Shown here in pieces: positions 10,764 through 19,739 of a DNA stretch of 64,000 bases (position 1 is the stretch's first letter; each line of letters opens with the position of its first letter). The notes under the pieces are model-generated. The model ran no database searches. It was not told the origin of the DNA and worked only from the letters and a program-made list of their open reading frames with translations. A program made the position numbers and the translations under genes. Origin of the DNA: Nitrososphaerota archaeon (GTDB lineage: Archaea > Thermoproteota > Nitrososphaeria > Nitrososphaerales > JACPRH01); the NCBI GenBank assembly GCA_016190055.1, contig JACPRH010000049.1, positions 7,820-71,819 of the forward strand, in the 5' to 3' direction.

Positions 10764-11849
10764 TTAGGACTTCTTTGTGTGGCCGATATCAGATGTTAGC
10801 CACATATTGTATATCTTATTGAACGTGTCTGCATATATCTTGGCCATGTTCTTCACAGGCTCCATCATCTCTTTTACCGGTCCTACTACGGGCATATCCT
10901 CAAAGAAGTTGAGGAAAGCTTTTTCATACATTTGTACCCATAGATTGTAGAATTCTCCGTATGCCTCTGGATCGGTAGCTTGTTCTGATAGTTCTTTGGT
11001 TTTTTCCACCATTTTCTCAAGCGCTGCCAGCCAAGATTTGTACATGTTTAGATAGATGTTGGTACTCTCTACGAAGCTCTCGAACACATCTTTTGAAGGT
11101 CGTGCAGAGTGTGCATACTTGCCATAAGTCACCCTATATGTGGCTAGCCAGGTATCAAAGAATTCTTTGTAAACTTCAGGACTCGCTTCTCCTCGGGATA
11201 TTTCCATCATTTTTGCAGAAAGCTTCTGCATGGATTCAATCCAGGGTCTGTATAGCTTTGAGTATGTGTTCTTCCACAGTTTTGTCACCTGTGCAAAGCT
11301 CCCTAAGTAGATGTCTGGTATGCCTGTGTATTTTTCAAGTACTTCTTTTGTGCTTTCCATTAAGGGTGTTGTGAGAATTGCATCAAGTATTTTTTCATAA
11401 GACTTTGCCCATGTGTCAGAGATTTCTTTGAATTTTACAGGATCTGGAGTGCCTTGCAGTATTTCTTTTGTCTTGCGAGAATTCTCTTCTAACTCGGCTA
11501 TCCACGACATGTAGACTTTATTTGATTCCTCTGCACTTGATATGAATTTCTCAAGCACGTCTTTGTTGGGCGTTATTTGTTGTATTGGATAGAATTTACC
11601 AAAGGTATTCTGGTATTTTTTAGTCCATTCCTCATAGAATTCTTTGTATTTCTGAGGCGTAGCTCCTTTCAAGAGTTCAGCTGCCTTCTCAAACTCCTCT
11701 CCAGTAGATTCAAGCAAGGGCTTGTATAACGTGGAGTAGGAATCCATCCACATTTTTGAAACGTTTGTATAGCTGTCAGCCCACGTCTTGAAAATATCTT
11801 TCTTCTCTTCGTTCAAACCTTCTTTTCCTTTATCATTATTTTCTGCCAT
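10764..11849 (-). CDS. PhaE-like repeat protein (possibly granule-associated)
   Basis: Four P-x-x-Y/F-x-E-F/I-x-x-x-W helical repeats similar to a segment of the neighbouring PhaE; first gene of the operon. Confidence 0.55.
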   Translation of the reverse strand: MAENNDKGKEGLNEEKKDIFKTWADSYTNVSKMWMDSYSTLYKPLLESTGEEFEKAAELLKGATPQKYKEFYEEWTKKYQNTFGKFYPIQQITPNKDVLEKFISSAEESNKVYMSWIAELEENSRKTKEILQGTPDPVKFKEISDTWAKSYEKILDAILTTPLMESTKEVLEKYTGIPDIYLGSFAQVTKLWKNTYSKLYRPWIESMQKLSAKMMEISRGEASPEVYKEFFDTWLATYRVTYGKYAHSARPSKDVFESFVESTNIYLNMYKSWLAALEKMVEKTKELSEQATDPEAYGEFYNLWVQMYEKAFLNFFEDMPVVGPVKEMMEPVKNMAKIYADTFNKIYNMWLTSDIGHTKKS

Positions 11850-12073
11850 AATAAATCACTTGTTTTATGTAACAGTTGATGTAGAGGAGTCACTTATAAA
11901 GGTTTAAATTATTTTAAATATTTAAAAAAAGTGAGTGTATTTTAATGATGATTCTTTAACTATTTTTGTCGTTTTTTGGAGTTCGACAGCGACGTCGCCG
12001 AACCCGTCTCAGAAGGGTGATCCCGCAATCCAAGCCGTACAAAGCTGAAAAAGATGTGCCGATGGCTCTCAAA

Positions 12074-12118
12074 GGGTTAAATGCGGTCGACGGGACTTAA
12101 TCTCAATTGAGTTCAAAT
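12074..12118. repeat. att-like site 4; probable distal att of the 37-kb element
   Basis: TGCGGTCGACGGGA (12082-12095) is identical to the tRNA 3' end (49219-49232), followed by CTTAATCTCAATTGAGTTCAAAT as in sites 1-3. Confidence 0.9.
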
Positions 12119-12159
12119 CCACAATTTGTAGCTTGGTTAGTAATGTGCAGATTACGAAA

Positions 12160-12507
12160 TTAATCCGGCTTTATTATACCTGCATTGATTTTCTTTGCTG
12201 TATTATACGCGTCGTAAATATTGTATATCCAGAACAAGGGATATAATATAAGTCCAATGAGCACAAACATCGTCAATATAAAAATAATCCCAATTACGAT
12301 GAAGGCTATTCCTTTACCTATCTGCCCATTATAGATTTGCCCTAAACCAACAAAGAAAAATGACAAAACAGCTGCAATTCCTGTGCTTTTCCTTTCAACA
12401 TTAATTGGCGCCTCTTTAACTCTGACGCCGCACTTTGGACAGATCTCTGCGTCTTTATCTATTTCTGCCCCACAATGCTGACAGAATTTTGACGCCTTTT
12501 GAGCCAT
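12160..12507 (-). CDS. Zinc-ribbon plus TM2-like membrane protein
   Basis: FCQHCG...ICPKCG and AAVLSFFFVGLGQIYNGQIGKGI. Confidence 0.8.
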   Translation of the reverse strand: MAQKASKFCQHCGAEIDKDAEICPKCGVRVKEAPINVERKSTGIAAVLSFFFVGLGQIYNGQIGKGIAFIVIGIIFILTMFVLIGLILYPLFWIYNIYDAYNTAKKINAGIIKPD

Positions 12508-13133
12508 TTAGCTAAATGGCACACCGTCATCCATATAAACTTTTAATATTATGAGACCGACACCATTAAGTTAAGATACATGGAATTTGCTCGTTTTACT
12601 GGATGCCAAAGACTGTCCCGAATGGGGCATGGGAGAACCCACCCCTAATGAAATTGATACAGGGCTGAGAGGAATAGATTTACTGCATTTTGTTTACAAT
12701 GTTTGCAACACGTCTATTGTAAAACTAGTGGAGATGACGTATGCTACTTCTCCAAAGAAATAGAAGCCACCATATAGTAACCAATTAATTCTTCTGTGAA
12801 AGAGCGAAAACAAATTTCGTCAACTCTTCAGCAATACAAAAAATAGATTTATATATACACACAGAGGTACATAAAGCGTGTCAACGATCTTCCGTTAGAG
12901 AACCGTATAGGCGGACTAGGAAGATAGTTCTGACTTTTTTCATCTCAGCGGCGTGGATACTCCCTTCCCTGCTGTTATACATCGGATCATACAAGCCAGA
13001 ACCTGAAGGGGATATCGAATTATCACTGATAATGGGGTTCTCAATAGCGCTATTTGTTATTCACTTTTGCAGATTTATTTTTTGGATGAACCGAACCCTA
13101 TTTAGCTCTTTTGAGAATTGATTGCAGTTTATC

Positions 13134-13301
13134 TTACGCAAGCCTCAGCCAAGTTAACGCCTTCGCCACAAACTCCTCCGCATCCATCTCTTCAGGCTCG
13201 ACCAGCAAGACCTGTCTGAGAACGTGATTCTTCTCCAGCTTAAGTGCCATCTCTTTCAATGGTTTGATGTTCACTTTTTTCTTCGTTAGTGACTGAGCCA
13301 A
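13134..13301 (-). CDS. Small hypothetical protein (55 aa), last gene of the ced-like operon
   Basis: Below the track cut-off; manual translation MAQSLTKKKVNIKPLKEMALKLEKNHVLRQVLLVEPEEMDAEEFVAKALTWLRLA; starts 17 bp after the upstream stop. Confidence 0.6.
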   Translation of the reverse strand: MAQSLTKKKVNIKPLKEMALKLEKNHVLRQVLLVEPEEMDAEEFVAKALTWLRLA

Positions 13302-13318
13302 TCGTAAATCGCCTCTGT

Positions 13319-14620
13319 TCAGTTACCCTCCAGCATAGCCTCAGGCGAAACATCCACTACATCCGCCACCTTCTCGACTATCGGCCAGATCTTCTCTATC
13401 GACTTTTGTGTGATTTCCTCCGGCAGAGTGTATCGCGCTGCACTTGGTGAGTTGTCCTTCAGATGGAACAGTCTCTCCACTGATTGGATTCGTCCTTTGA
13501 TTGGTGCTATTCTTCCGACTGTTATTGTGTTGGATTTCGATGGCGCTGGAATTGCTTCTACGTTATGCGGAAGCTGGGTCTGGTCTAATGCCTCGTAGAA
13601 ATCTCTAGCCTTGAAGTTGCCTACAGCGAAGACATACTGTGGATATCCTATTTCAGCATCAATCAGTCGTGCGCTTGGATTGAACAGGACTTTCTGAAGC
13701 ATATTCGACAGCATGCTCACTGTTGATGTCCTGTCTCCTGTCTTCCTCCATGACCTCTTCCAAGTCCTCCGAACTATCATTGGCTCGTCAAGAACTGAAA
13801 TCGATAGGAATCCGTTCGAGGCATTGAGCAGCGTCTTGAGAATGTCGCCAGGCCCAGGTAGGCTAGAGTCATAGGTATAGGCAGTCATGGATGCAAGCAG
13901 AGTCTTCAGCGCCAGTTCGTCCTGCTTCTGCACCGGTCGATGCATTGTAGCCAGATTATTGTCAGTCAGTATCCAGCCTTTGTAGCCGTATTTCTTCGAT
14001 GCCAGCATCAACGGGAACGTTTGCCTGAATATCGGAATGGAACTGGGCTCCCTCGGAATAGCAGTGAACCCAAGCTTCAATCCCTCTAATCCTTGTGCTG
14101 CTTCTTCGTGGTTCAACACCCATTGATATGGCGGGTGTCCTCCTGACAGACTGGTGAATTTGAGGCGTATGGCAGTGTTTCCTCCGCACTTCATGTCGTG
14201 TGCTTTGGCTTCGGCTACCCCTTCCCTGATTATGCGGTAGTCTCGCTTGACGCTCTTCGCGCACTCTAGCAGGTCCCTGTTGAACCCCAGCCTGTCCGAG
14301 CCACGCAGAGGATGGAAGAATGCCTTGAACTGGTATCTCTGAAGCGGATGCCTCATCTTCTGCCGCCATTTCCTGTTCAATGCTCTAGTTGCTGCCACTG
14401 CTGTATGGATGCTGTTCAGGTTTGCATCGAAGGCGAGTGCGTATGATGCGTATCGGCTGGCTCCTGATTGGACAGCAAGCCTTGCAAGTTTCACCGATGC
14501 CTGTGTGCCGAGCGTTCCCATCGCACTTGAGGAATAGAACCTGAGCTGTTTCTGAAAGTCCATGCTCTCCATCGGCTTGGGGTCTTCATCCCTCACCACT
14601 AGGCTAGTCATCTGCTTCAA
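13319..14620 (-). CDS. Hypothetical protein overlapping the end of the cedB-like gene
   Basis: 433-aa ORF overlapping the ATPase stop; no family recognised. Confidence 0.7.
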   Translation of the reverse strand: MKQMTSLVVRDEDPKPMESMDFQKQLRFYSSSAMGTLGTQASVKLARLAVQSGASRYASYALAFDANLNSIHTAVAATRALNRKWRQKMRHPLQRYQFKAFFHPLRGSDRLGFNRDLLECAKSVKRDYRIIREGVAEAKAHDMKCGGNTAIRLKFTSLSGGHPPYQWVLNHEEAAQGLEGLKLGFTAIPREPSSIPIFRQTFPLMLASKKYGYKGWILTDNNLATMHRPVQKQDELALKTLLASMTAYTYDSSLPGPGDILKTLLNASNGFLSISVLDEPMIVRRTWKRSWRKTGDRTSTVSMLSNMLQKVLFNPSARLIDAEIGYPQYVFAVGNFKARDFYEALDQTQLPHNVEAIPAPSKSNTITVGRIAPIKGRIQSVERLFHLKDNSPSAARYTLPEEITQKSIEKIWPIVEKVADVVDVSPEAMLEGN

Positions 14621-17345
14621 CCTCCCAGTGAAGGTAAGAGGATACCTCTGTGACTAGGATTCTGCTGTCGCTGATATTATGCTCTCCGAGTTTCTTCCTG
14701 AACTTTTCCGACTGCCCCTTGCTCAAACACAGGATGATAACTTTCTCAAATCCGTGTTTCAGATTCTTGGTGATGTTCTCAATGTTGAAGTCTCTAGTCT
14801 CTAGCTCGATTGCAACTTTCTCGTCTACGACCATATCCGTGAGCTTTCCTTCGCCTAACGGGAACTCGATATCGACGGCGTGACCTTCTTCTCTGAACCG
14901 CTTGGCAATCACCGCGAGCAGATTCTCATGCAGGTTTCCTCCGAATCTCCGTGATTTGCTGGTTCCAAGGAATCGTCTGCCCTTGTCGGTCAATGCTAGA
15001 ATCTTGCCCCATCTGCCCTCGCCCTCGACCCTCGGCATCTCCTTGGCTTCAATCAGCTGAAGTTTCTCTAGTTCCTGTTTGGCTTTGTCACCTTGTGATG
15101 GAGATAATCCCAGTTTTGCGTAATGCTCAGTTACCTTTAGTGTTGGGTCTGATGCAGCGTTCTTGAGTAGTTTGGTGGCTGTTAGAGACAATATGGGGGA
15201 CTGTATATGGGTCTGTCTGGATGGGACTGGAGTATTATCGGGATTGGGCTGAGTGAGAATATTTTCGAATTTTCCAATCGGGGCTTGAGTTGGAACACTT
15301 TGGTCAGAATAATCCGATTTCATGTTATTTTGTACTTGGACAGTAAACGATGGTTCTTCTACTAGTGAAACATCTACTGTAGTTCCGCATGATGTTGATT
15401 CCACTGTTTCCATCTCGACTCTGACGAAGAAAGGGCGAGGGTCTATGCTCAGTTTCAGCAGCGCTTCTCCGACTGGCAGGTTCTTCAGCCGCATTACCTC
15501 TGATTCTGTCAGTCCGTACTTATGTCGGAAGAACTCGGTGTAGCGTGGGTTGTCTGTCCTGTGGATGACCGCTGTTCCAGCATTGCTCAGGATAGGTTCG
15601 GCTGTATCTCCCAAGTCCTGTGAAGAGACGAAAAGGCTGTATCCGTACTTCCTGCCTTCCTTGATTATCTTGACCGGGATGCTGTCTTCGTGCTTGCAGA
15701 GTTTCCAAGCCTCGTCAAGAACAAGTATCAGCTTGATTTGTTTCCTCTCGCCAGCGATTCTCATAGTGCTGTCAACATATTGAAGCACCACATACGCCAC
15801 TAGATTCTGCACCTGCTCGCTTGCTATTCCTGAAAGGTCTACGCACACAAACCCGTTCATCAAGTCTTGGTAGGATATCTTGGATTTTCCGAAGATTCCG
15901 AAAGTGCCTTCTGCAAGCGGGACAAGCTTGTCCACGATGGATGTCAGGATATTCTGCCGCTGCTCAGTAGCCTTGTACACGTCCGATTCGATTAACTTGA
16001 CAACTTCTGCTAATGTCGGGGTCGGGTTCTTCCATGTTGTCGGATCGTCTTTCCGGTAGCCTTTCTTCTCGTAAGCCCTAGCAACGTATTGTGCGAACAT
16101 TCTCTTCTGATTGGTGGTGTTAAAGTCGCATGCTCCTGCGAATGCGTCTGTAAGCTGCTGGATCTTGTTGGCTAGGCTGAGAGGACCTAGGTCGAATGGG
16201 TCGATGGTAACATTCTGCGCATCGATTACTTTCCCGCCTCTGCTAATTACCCAGTCCTTGTACTCGCCTGCAAAGTCAATGATTAGGATGTTTGTCTCAT
16301 GGAGGTCATGCTCTCTGGAAAGCAGGCTCTTGACTGTTGTAGATTTTCCTCCTCCAGTCTCACCTAGCACAGTTACGTGCGGGTTGATGTATTTCGAGAG
16401 TCCGATGAACACTGGTGCGTCACCGCTTGTCCTGCCGAGATATGCTCCTTCCAAGAGCTTGGATACGGGTGGCAGTTTTGGCTTGGTCAATGGTACGAGA
16501 TACGCAAGATCCCATGTCAGCATCCTCGACGGCTTGGAAACTTTGGTCATTCCACAAGCAGGAAAAAATTCCCTGACCGCCTTGAGCATCTCATGATTCT
16601 GTAACCTCTTTGCATCTATACCCAGCCCGGATTGCAGCGTGGACATCAGAGTCTTTACGTTTGAATCAATCTCTCGCGCTATTTCCGATTCATCCTTGCC
16701 TTCAGCCATCACGTGAAGAAGGAATCCAACATCTCTTGCACCCTCACCTTCAAGCAACCTTTGTGCGAGCTTTTCCAGCCGCTTCAGCCTAGCCTGTCTT
16801 GATGGGTCTGCTACGTTGCCTTCAGCCTCTAGGGTCAATCTGAGGTCGGATATCTTGCTGCTGATGTCTTTGAGATACCATTCCTTTGGAATCGGGGACA
16901 TGCGTGGGATGATTTCGAACGTGAAATTCAAGTTGCTGAGAAGTCGGACGAAGTTCTGTACAAAGTAAAATTTCCTGTCTTTATCCAGATCGTCTATCAC
17001 GTATGGGACTTCAGTGATTCTGACATACGCATGTCCGACCTTGGTGTTCTTCTCGCTTACAGTAAGGATATGGTTTCCTTTCGGCGTAATTGACTTTATC
17101 CCGAGAAGTTTAGCAAGTTCGTTTTCTGATTCTATCGGCTTTTCATGTTTGTTGATTTTGTAATTCAGCCATCCCCGAGATTTTACGAGCACTGCTCCTG
17201 TTACAACTAATGCAATCCCTAATCCTAGTAATGTTAGCGTGCGACCTTCGAATGTTATTCCTTCCCTGCTAGCAACTGCGGCTAGAGACGAAATCACTGC
17301 GAGCGACAGGGCGACTATGAACATGCCTTTGTATCCGGATATCAT
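14604..17345 (-). CDS. cedB: VirB4/HerA-type ATPase, CedB-like, with N-terminal TMs and a C-terminal HTH plus nuclease-like extension
   Basis: Two N-terminal TM segments; NPHVTVLGETGGGKS (Walker A), LVLDEAW (Walker B), KEGRKYG, SSQ; follows cedA-like genes. Confidence 0.75.
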   Translation of the reverse strand: MISGYKGMFIVALSLAVISSLAAVASREGITFEGRTLTLLGLGIALVVTGAVLVKSRGWLNYKINKHEKPIESENELAKLLGIKSITPKGNHILTVSEKNTKVGHAYVRITEVPYVIDDLDKDRKFYFVQNFVRLLSNLNFTFEIIPRMSPIPKEWYLKDISSKISDLRLTLEAEGNVADPSRQARLKRLEKLAQRLLEGEGARDVGFLLHVMAEGKDESEIAREIDSNVKTLMSTLQSGLGIDAKRLQNHEMLKAVREFFPACGMTKVSKPSRMLTWDLAYLVPLTKPKLPPVSKLLEGAYLGRTSGDAPVFIGLSKYINPHVTVLGETGGGKSTTVKSLLSREHDLHETNILIIDFAGEYKDWVISRGGKVIDAQNVTIDPFDLGPLSLANKIQQLTDAFAGACDFNTTNQKRMFAQYVARAYEKKGYRKDDPTTWKNPTPTLAEVVKLIESDVYKATEQRQNILTSIVDKLVPLAEGTFGIFGKSKISYQDLMNGFVCVDLSGIASEQVQNLVAYVVLQYVDSTMRIAGERKQIKLILVLDEAWKLCKHEDSIPVKIIKEGRKYGYSLFVSSQDLGDTAEPILSNAGTAVIHRTDNPRYTEFFRHKYGLTESEVMRLKNLPVGEALLKLSIDPRPFFVRVEMETVESTSCGTTVDVSLVEEPSFTVQVQNNMKSDYSDQSVPTQAPIGKFENILTQPNPDNTPVPSRQTHIQSPILSLTATKLLKNAASDPTLKVTEHYAKLGLSPSQGDKAKQELEKLQLIEAKEMPRVEGEGRWGKILALTDKGRRFLGTSKSRRFGGNLHENLLAVIAKRFREEGHAVDIEFPLGEGKLTDMVVDEKVAIELETRDFNIENITKNLKHGFEKVIILCLSKGQSEKFRKKLGEHNISDSRILVTEVSSYLHWEVEADD

Positions 17346-17530
17346 CGAACCGCCCTCCTAGAGCGCAGCGTCAGTAATGCCAACCCTGCAACAAGCACTG
17401 CAAAGACTGGAAGAACCAGGCTGGCCGCTTCAGATACCGAATGGATGCCTCCTTCTACTGCAAGAGCTGAGGTTGATACCGCTAGCGATGCTGCAAGTAT
17501 GATTGCGAATATTTGGTTGGGGTTCATCAT
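17342..17530 (-). CDS. Small two-TM membrane protein (CedA2-like by position only)
   Basis: 62 aa, two hydrophobic helices, between the cedA-like and cedB-like genes. Confidence 0.6.
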   Translation of the reverse strand: MMNPNQIFAIILAASLAVSTSALAVEGGIHSVSEAASLVLPVFAVLVAGLALLTLRSRRAVR

Positions 17531-17531
17531 C

Positions 17532-18404
17532 TCATCTCAGAAAGTCGTGGGAACCGATGTTGAAAGACGCAGGCGTTCCATAGCCCATGATCAGGCTGGC
17601 GACGCTCCTTGCTACAAGGGACATCATAAAAAGGAAGGATACAGGAAAGACCATGAGGCCAATGATGACTGCTGCCAGCAAGTTGCCAATTATCGAGAGC
17701 AGGAGTGCGGGCGCTGCAACATTCAGGGCTGTAGCAACGTTCAGAGGATCCTTCAGAATGTCAGCAACAAAGCTCTCTAGTTGAGTCAGCGAGTTCTGGT
17801 ATCCTATCTGCGCTTCGAGCCACAGTGCGATGGAAGGAAGTAATGGAAGAGATATCGCCGAGACTATTGAGATGCTCATCAGATATGCCCCGAGTCTTCT
17901 GCCTAGCTTGAACGGGATTGCGAAGAAGACTATACCCAATGTCCAGAACAGGAGCCATAGCTTGGAGATTTCGAGGATTACTATCTGAAGCATTGTCCAG
18001 AGGATTATCGTGTTTGTAACCCATCCTGCTGATGAGCCTAACATTCGGGCGAGCAGCTCTGCGAGCGGAGCGAAGACCACCGTTGCGTTTACAGTTGTGA
18101 TTAGGAGCATTATCGCCCCGTCTATCGCTATCAGCTGAGCCATGATCACTGCATAGGCTGTTCCGGGTTCGACTGGAATTGCGAGTGATGACGCAATCAT
18201 GGACTGTATCCAATCTGCAAGCAGCCTGACCGAGTAGACAGTTCCAATGGCGATTTCTGTGAGTACCGCATCCCACTGGAGAGAAGGAGCTTGAGACTTT
18301 AGGGAGCGCATGGGTATTGGGAGTGACTGGATAAACGCCCCGCACAGGAAAGTCATCGCTGCTAGAACGTGAACCAGGGAAACCAGTTCGGCTTCAGTTA
18401 CCAA
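17532..18404 (-). CDS. cedA: CedA-like polytopic DNA-transfer membrane protein
   Basis: N-terminal TFLCGAFIQSLPIPMRSLK...LQWDAV and C-terminal FAIPFKLGRRLGAYLMS...LPLLP resemble crenarchaeal CedA as I recall it. Confidence 0.7.
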   Translation of the reverse strand: MVTEAELVSLVHVLAAMTFLCGAFIQSLPIPMRSLKSQAPSLQWDAVLTEIAIGTVYSVRLLADWIQSMIASSLAIPVEPGTAYAVIMAQLIAIDGAIMLLITTVNATVVFAPLAELLARMLGSSAGWVTNTIILWTMLQIVILEISKLWLLFWTLGIVFFAIPFKLGRRLGAYLMSISIVSAISLPLLPSIALWLEAQIGYQNSLTQLESFVADILKDPLNVATALNVAAPALLLSIIGNLLAAVIIGLMVFPVSFLFMMSLVARSVASLIMGYGTPASFNIGSHDFLR

Positions 18405-18410
18405 ATCTTC

Positions 18411-18665
18411 TCACGCTGCCGAGTTAATTATCGTGACGATCCATGCTATGAGAGAACTCACCGCAGCCCAGATGCTTGCCTGAAAAAGGGCCTTCACCGC
18501 AGATTCCAGCAAATCGTTTGAAGCCATTTTGACTGAGCGGAAGGGCAATGGTACGCCGCGTAGCAAAGAGGCCACCAGCCACGTAACACCCGTCACCCCC
18601 ACCACTACTAGGGTCAGTTGGGTGGTCGCCCAAGCGATCTGTCGGGTTAGTTCTTCTATTGGCAT
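18411..18665 (-). CDS. cedA1: CedA1-like pilin (two TM helices)
   Basis: TWLVASLLRGVPLPFRSVKMASNDLLESAVKA resembles the recalled CedA1 pattern LRGSPIP..VK..G.DLIEDA. Confidence 0.7.
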   Translation of the reverse strand: MPIEELTRQIAWATTQLTLVVVGVTGVTWLVASLLRGVPLPFRSVKMASNDLLESAVKALFQASIWAAVSSLIAWIVTIINSAA

Positions 18666-18669
18666 CTTC

Positions 18670-19053
18670 TCACCACTCTACATTGACACAATCTGGGGAC
18701 ATTTGCGCGGGGCGAATGAAGTCCTTCAGGTCACGCCGCTCTCTTTGCTGCACCTTTGCTTTCGGCGGATTGCCTATTCCCCACTTTTGATCCAGTTCCT
18801 TGACCTTTCGTGCTACTGCATCGATATCCCAGTCCAGCTCGAACCTGCACAGGTCAACCTTCCAGATTCCTTTCCTCTTGACCCAGCCGTAGAACCGCGT
18901 CTGGATTCTTCCTTCTGCCTCAACGATGAGTATAGCGGACCACCTCGTATCTGACTTGCTGATGGTGAAACCGTCCTTAACTGAATAGAACTTTGAGACG
19001 GGGTAGGGCTCATCATTTTCTTCATGACTCTTCTTCACTTCTATTGATACCAT
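18670..19053 (-). CDS. Hypothetical protein, first gene of the ced-like operon
   Basis: 127 aa, basic and aromatic beta-rich; ends 4 bp before cedA1. Confidence 0.6.
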   Translation of the reverse strand: MVSIEVKKSHEENDEPYPVSKFYSVKDGFTISKSDTRWSAILIVEAEGRIQTRFYGWVKRKGIWKVDLCRFELDWDIDAVARKVKELDQKWGIGNPPKAKVQQRERRDLKDFIRPAQMSPDCVNVEW

Positions 19054-19187
19054 GAGAAACAGAAAGAAAGGATACTTACGAAAACTTGACTGGAATTCAT
19101 CTATTTATTGTTAGGATTTCGTCAATTGTAACATCAACAATGAGTGTAAGATTCACACTGGTGAGTTAGAGCCAAGAAAGAAGAAAT

Positions 19188-19739
19188 GTGCTGATATTGC
19201 ACAGCTATCACAGGCCGCTTGAAGTTTATGCTAGGGATGTTGCGCTTGAGATAGCCAAAAATCCACCTGAAGGAGTCATTGTGAGGGAGTCGCCAAGGAA
19301 ACGCAGTTTTGGGAGATTAACAACACAGTATAATGCGGCGTGGATACTTGATTTGCACTCTGACCCATATCAGACTCCAGCTGCACCTGAGGATCTTAAA
19401 CACCCGTATCTTCCCTTAGTCCTGATTGAGTATGGCGAAAAGTGGAAAGGCACCCTGCATGAATTAGCTCAGAAGAAACCCGACATTTTACTGGACAAAC
19501 CATTCACTCAAGAAGGAGAGTTTGTTAGGAATGTAATTGAGAAACATCTGAGGGAACGTTATACCGTAGAGAGGGGCGTTGTGGGCAATATTACTTATGG
19601 TGGTGCAGTACTCCCATATGTCAAGACACGTTCAAATCCTCATTTTATTAGGATGGGTTTGCTCTGGTATCGCACCAAAGAGTTTGGTGTACAGCTTGTA
19701 AATGGACTCGCGCAACATCTTCTTTGTTACCCTTTGTAA
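19188..19739 (+). CDS. Hypothetical protein
   Basis: 183-aa ORF with an ILDLHSD segment. Confidence 0.5.
   Translation: MLILHSYHRPLEVYARDVALEIAKNPPEGVIVRESPRKRSFGRLTTQYNAAWILDLHSDPYQTPAAPEDLKHPYLPLVLIEYGEKWKGTLHELAQKKPDILLDKPFTQEGEFVRNVIEKHLRERYTVERGVVGNITYGGAVLPYVKTRSNPHFIRMGLLWYRTKEFGVQLVNGLAQHLLCYPL

Noticed and set aside
12071-12080. AAAGGGTTAA resembling a piggyBac-like terminus
   Set aside because: No matching opposite end or transposase seen; too short to be meaningful.
909-12118. The four 45-bp palindromic repeats as a CRISPR array
   Set aside because: Spacing is 0.8-6.5 kb with whole genes in between, the repeats match a tRNA 3' end, and no cas genes are present.
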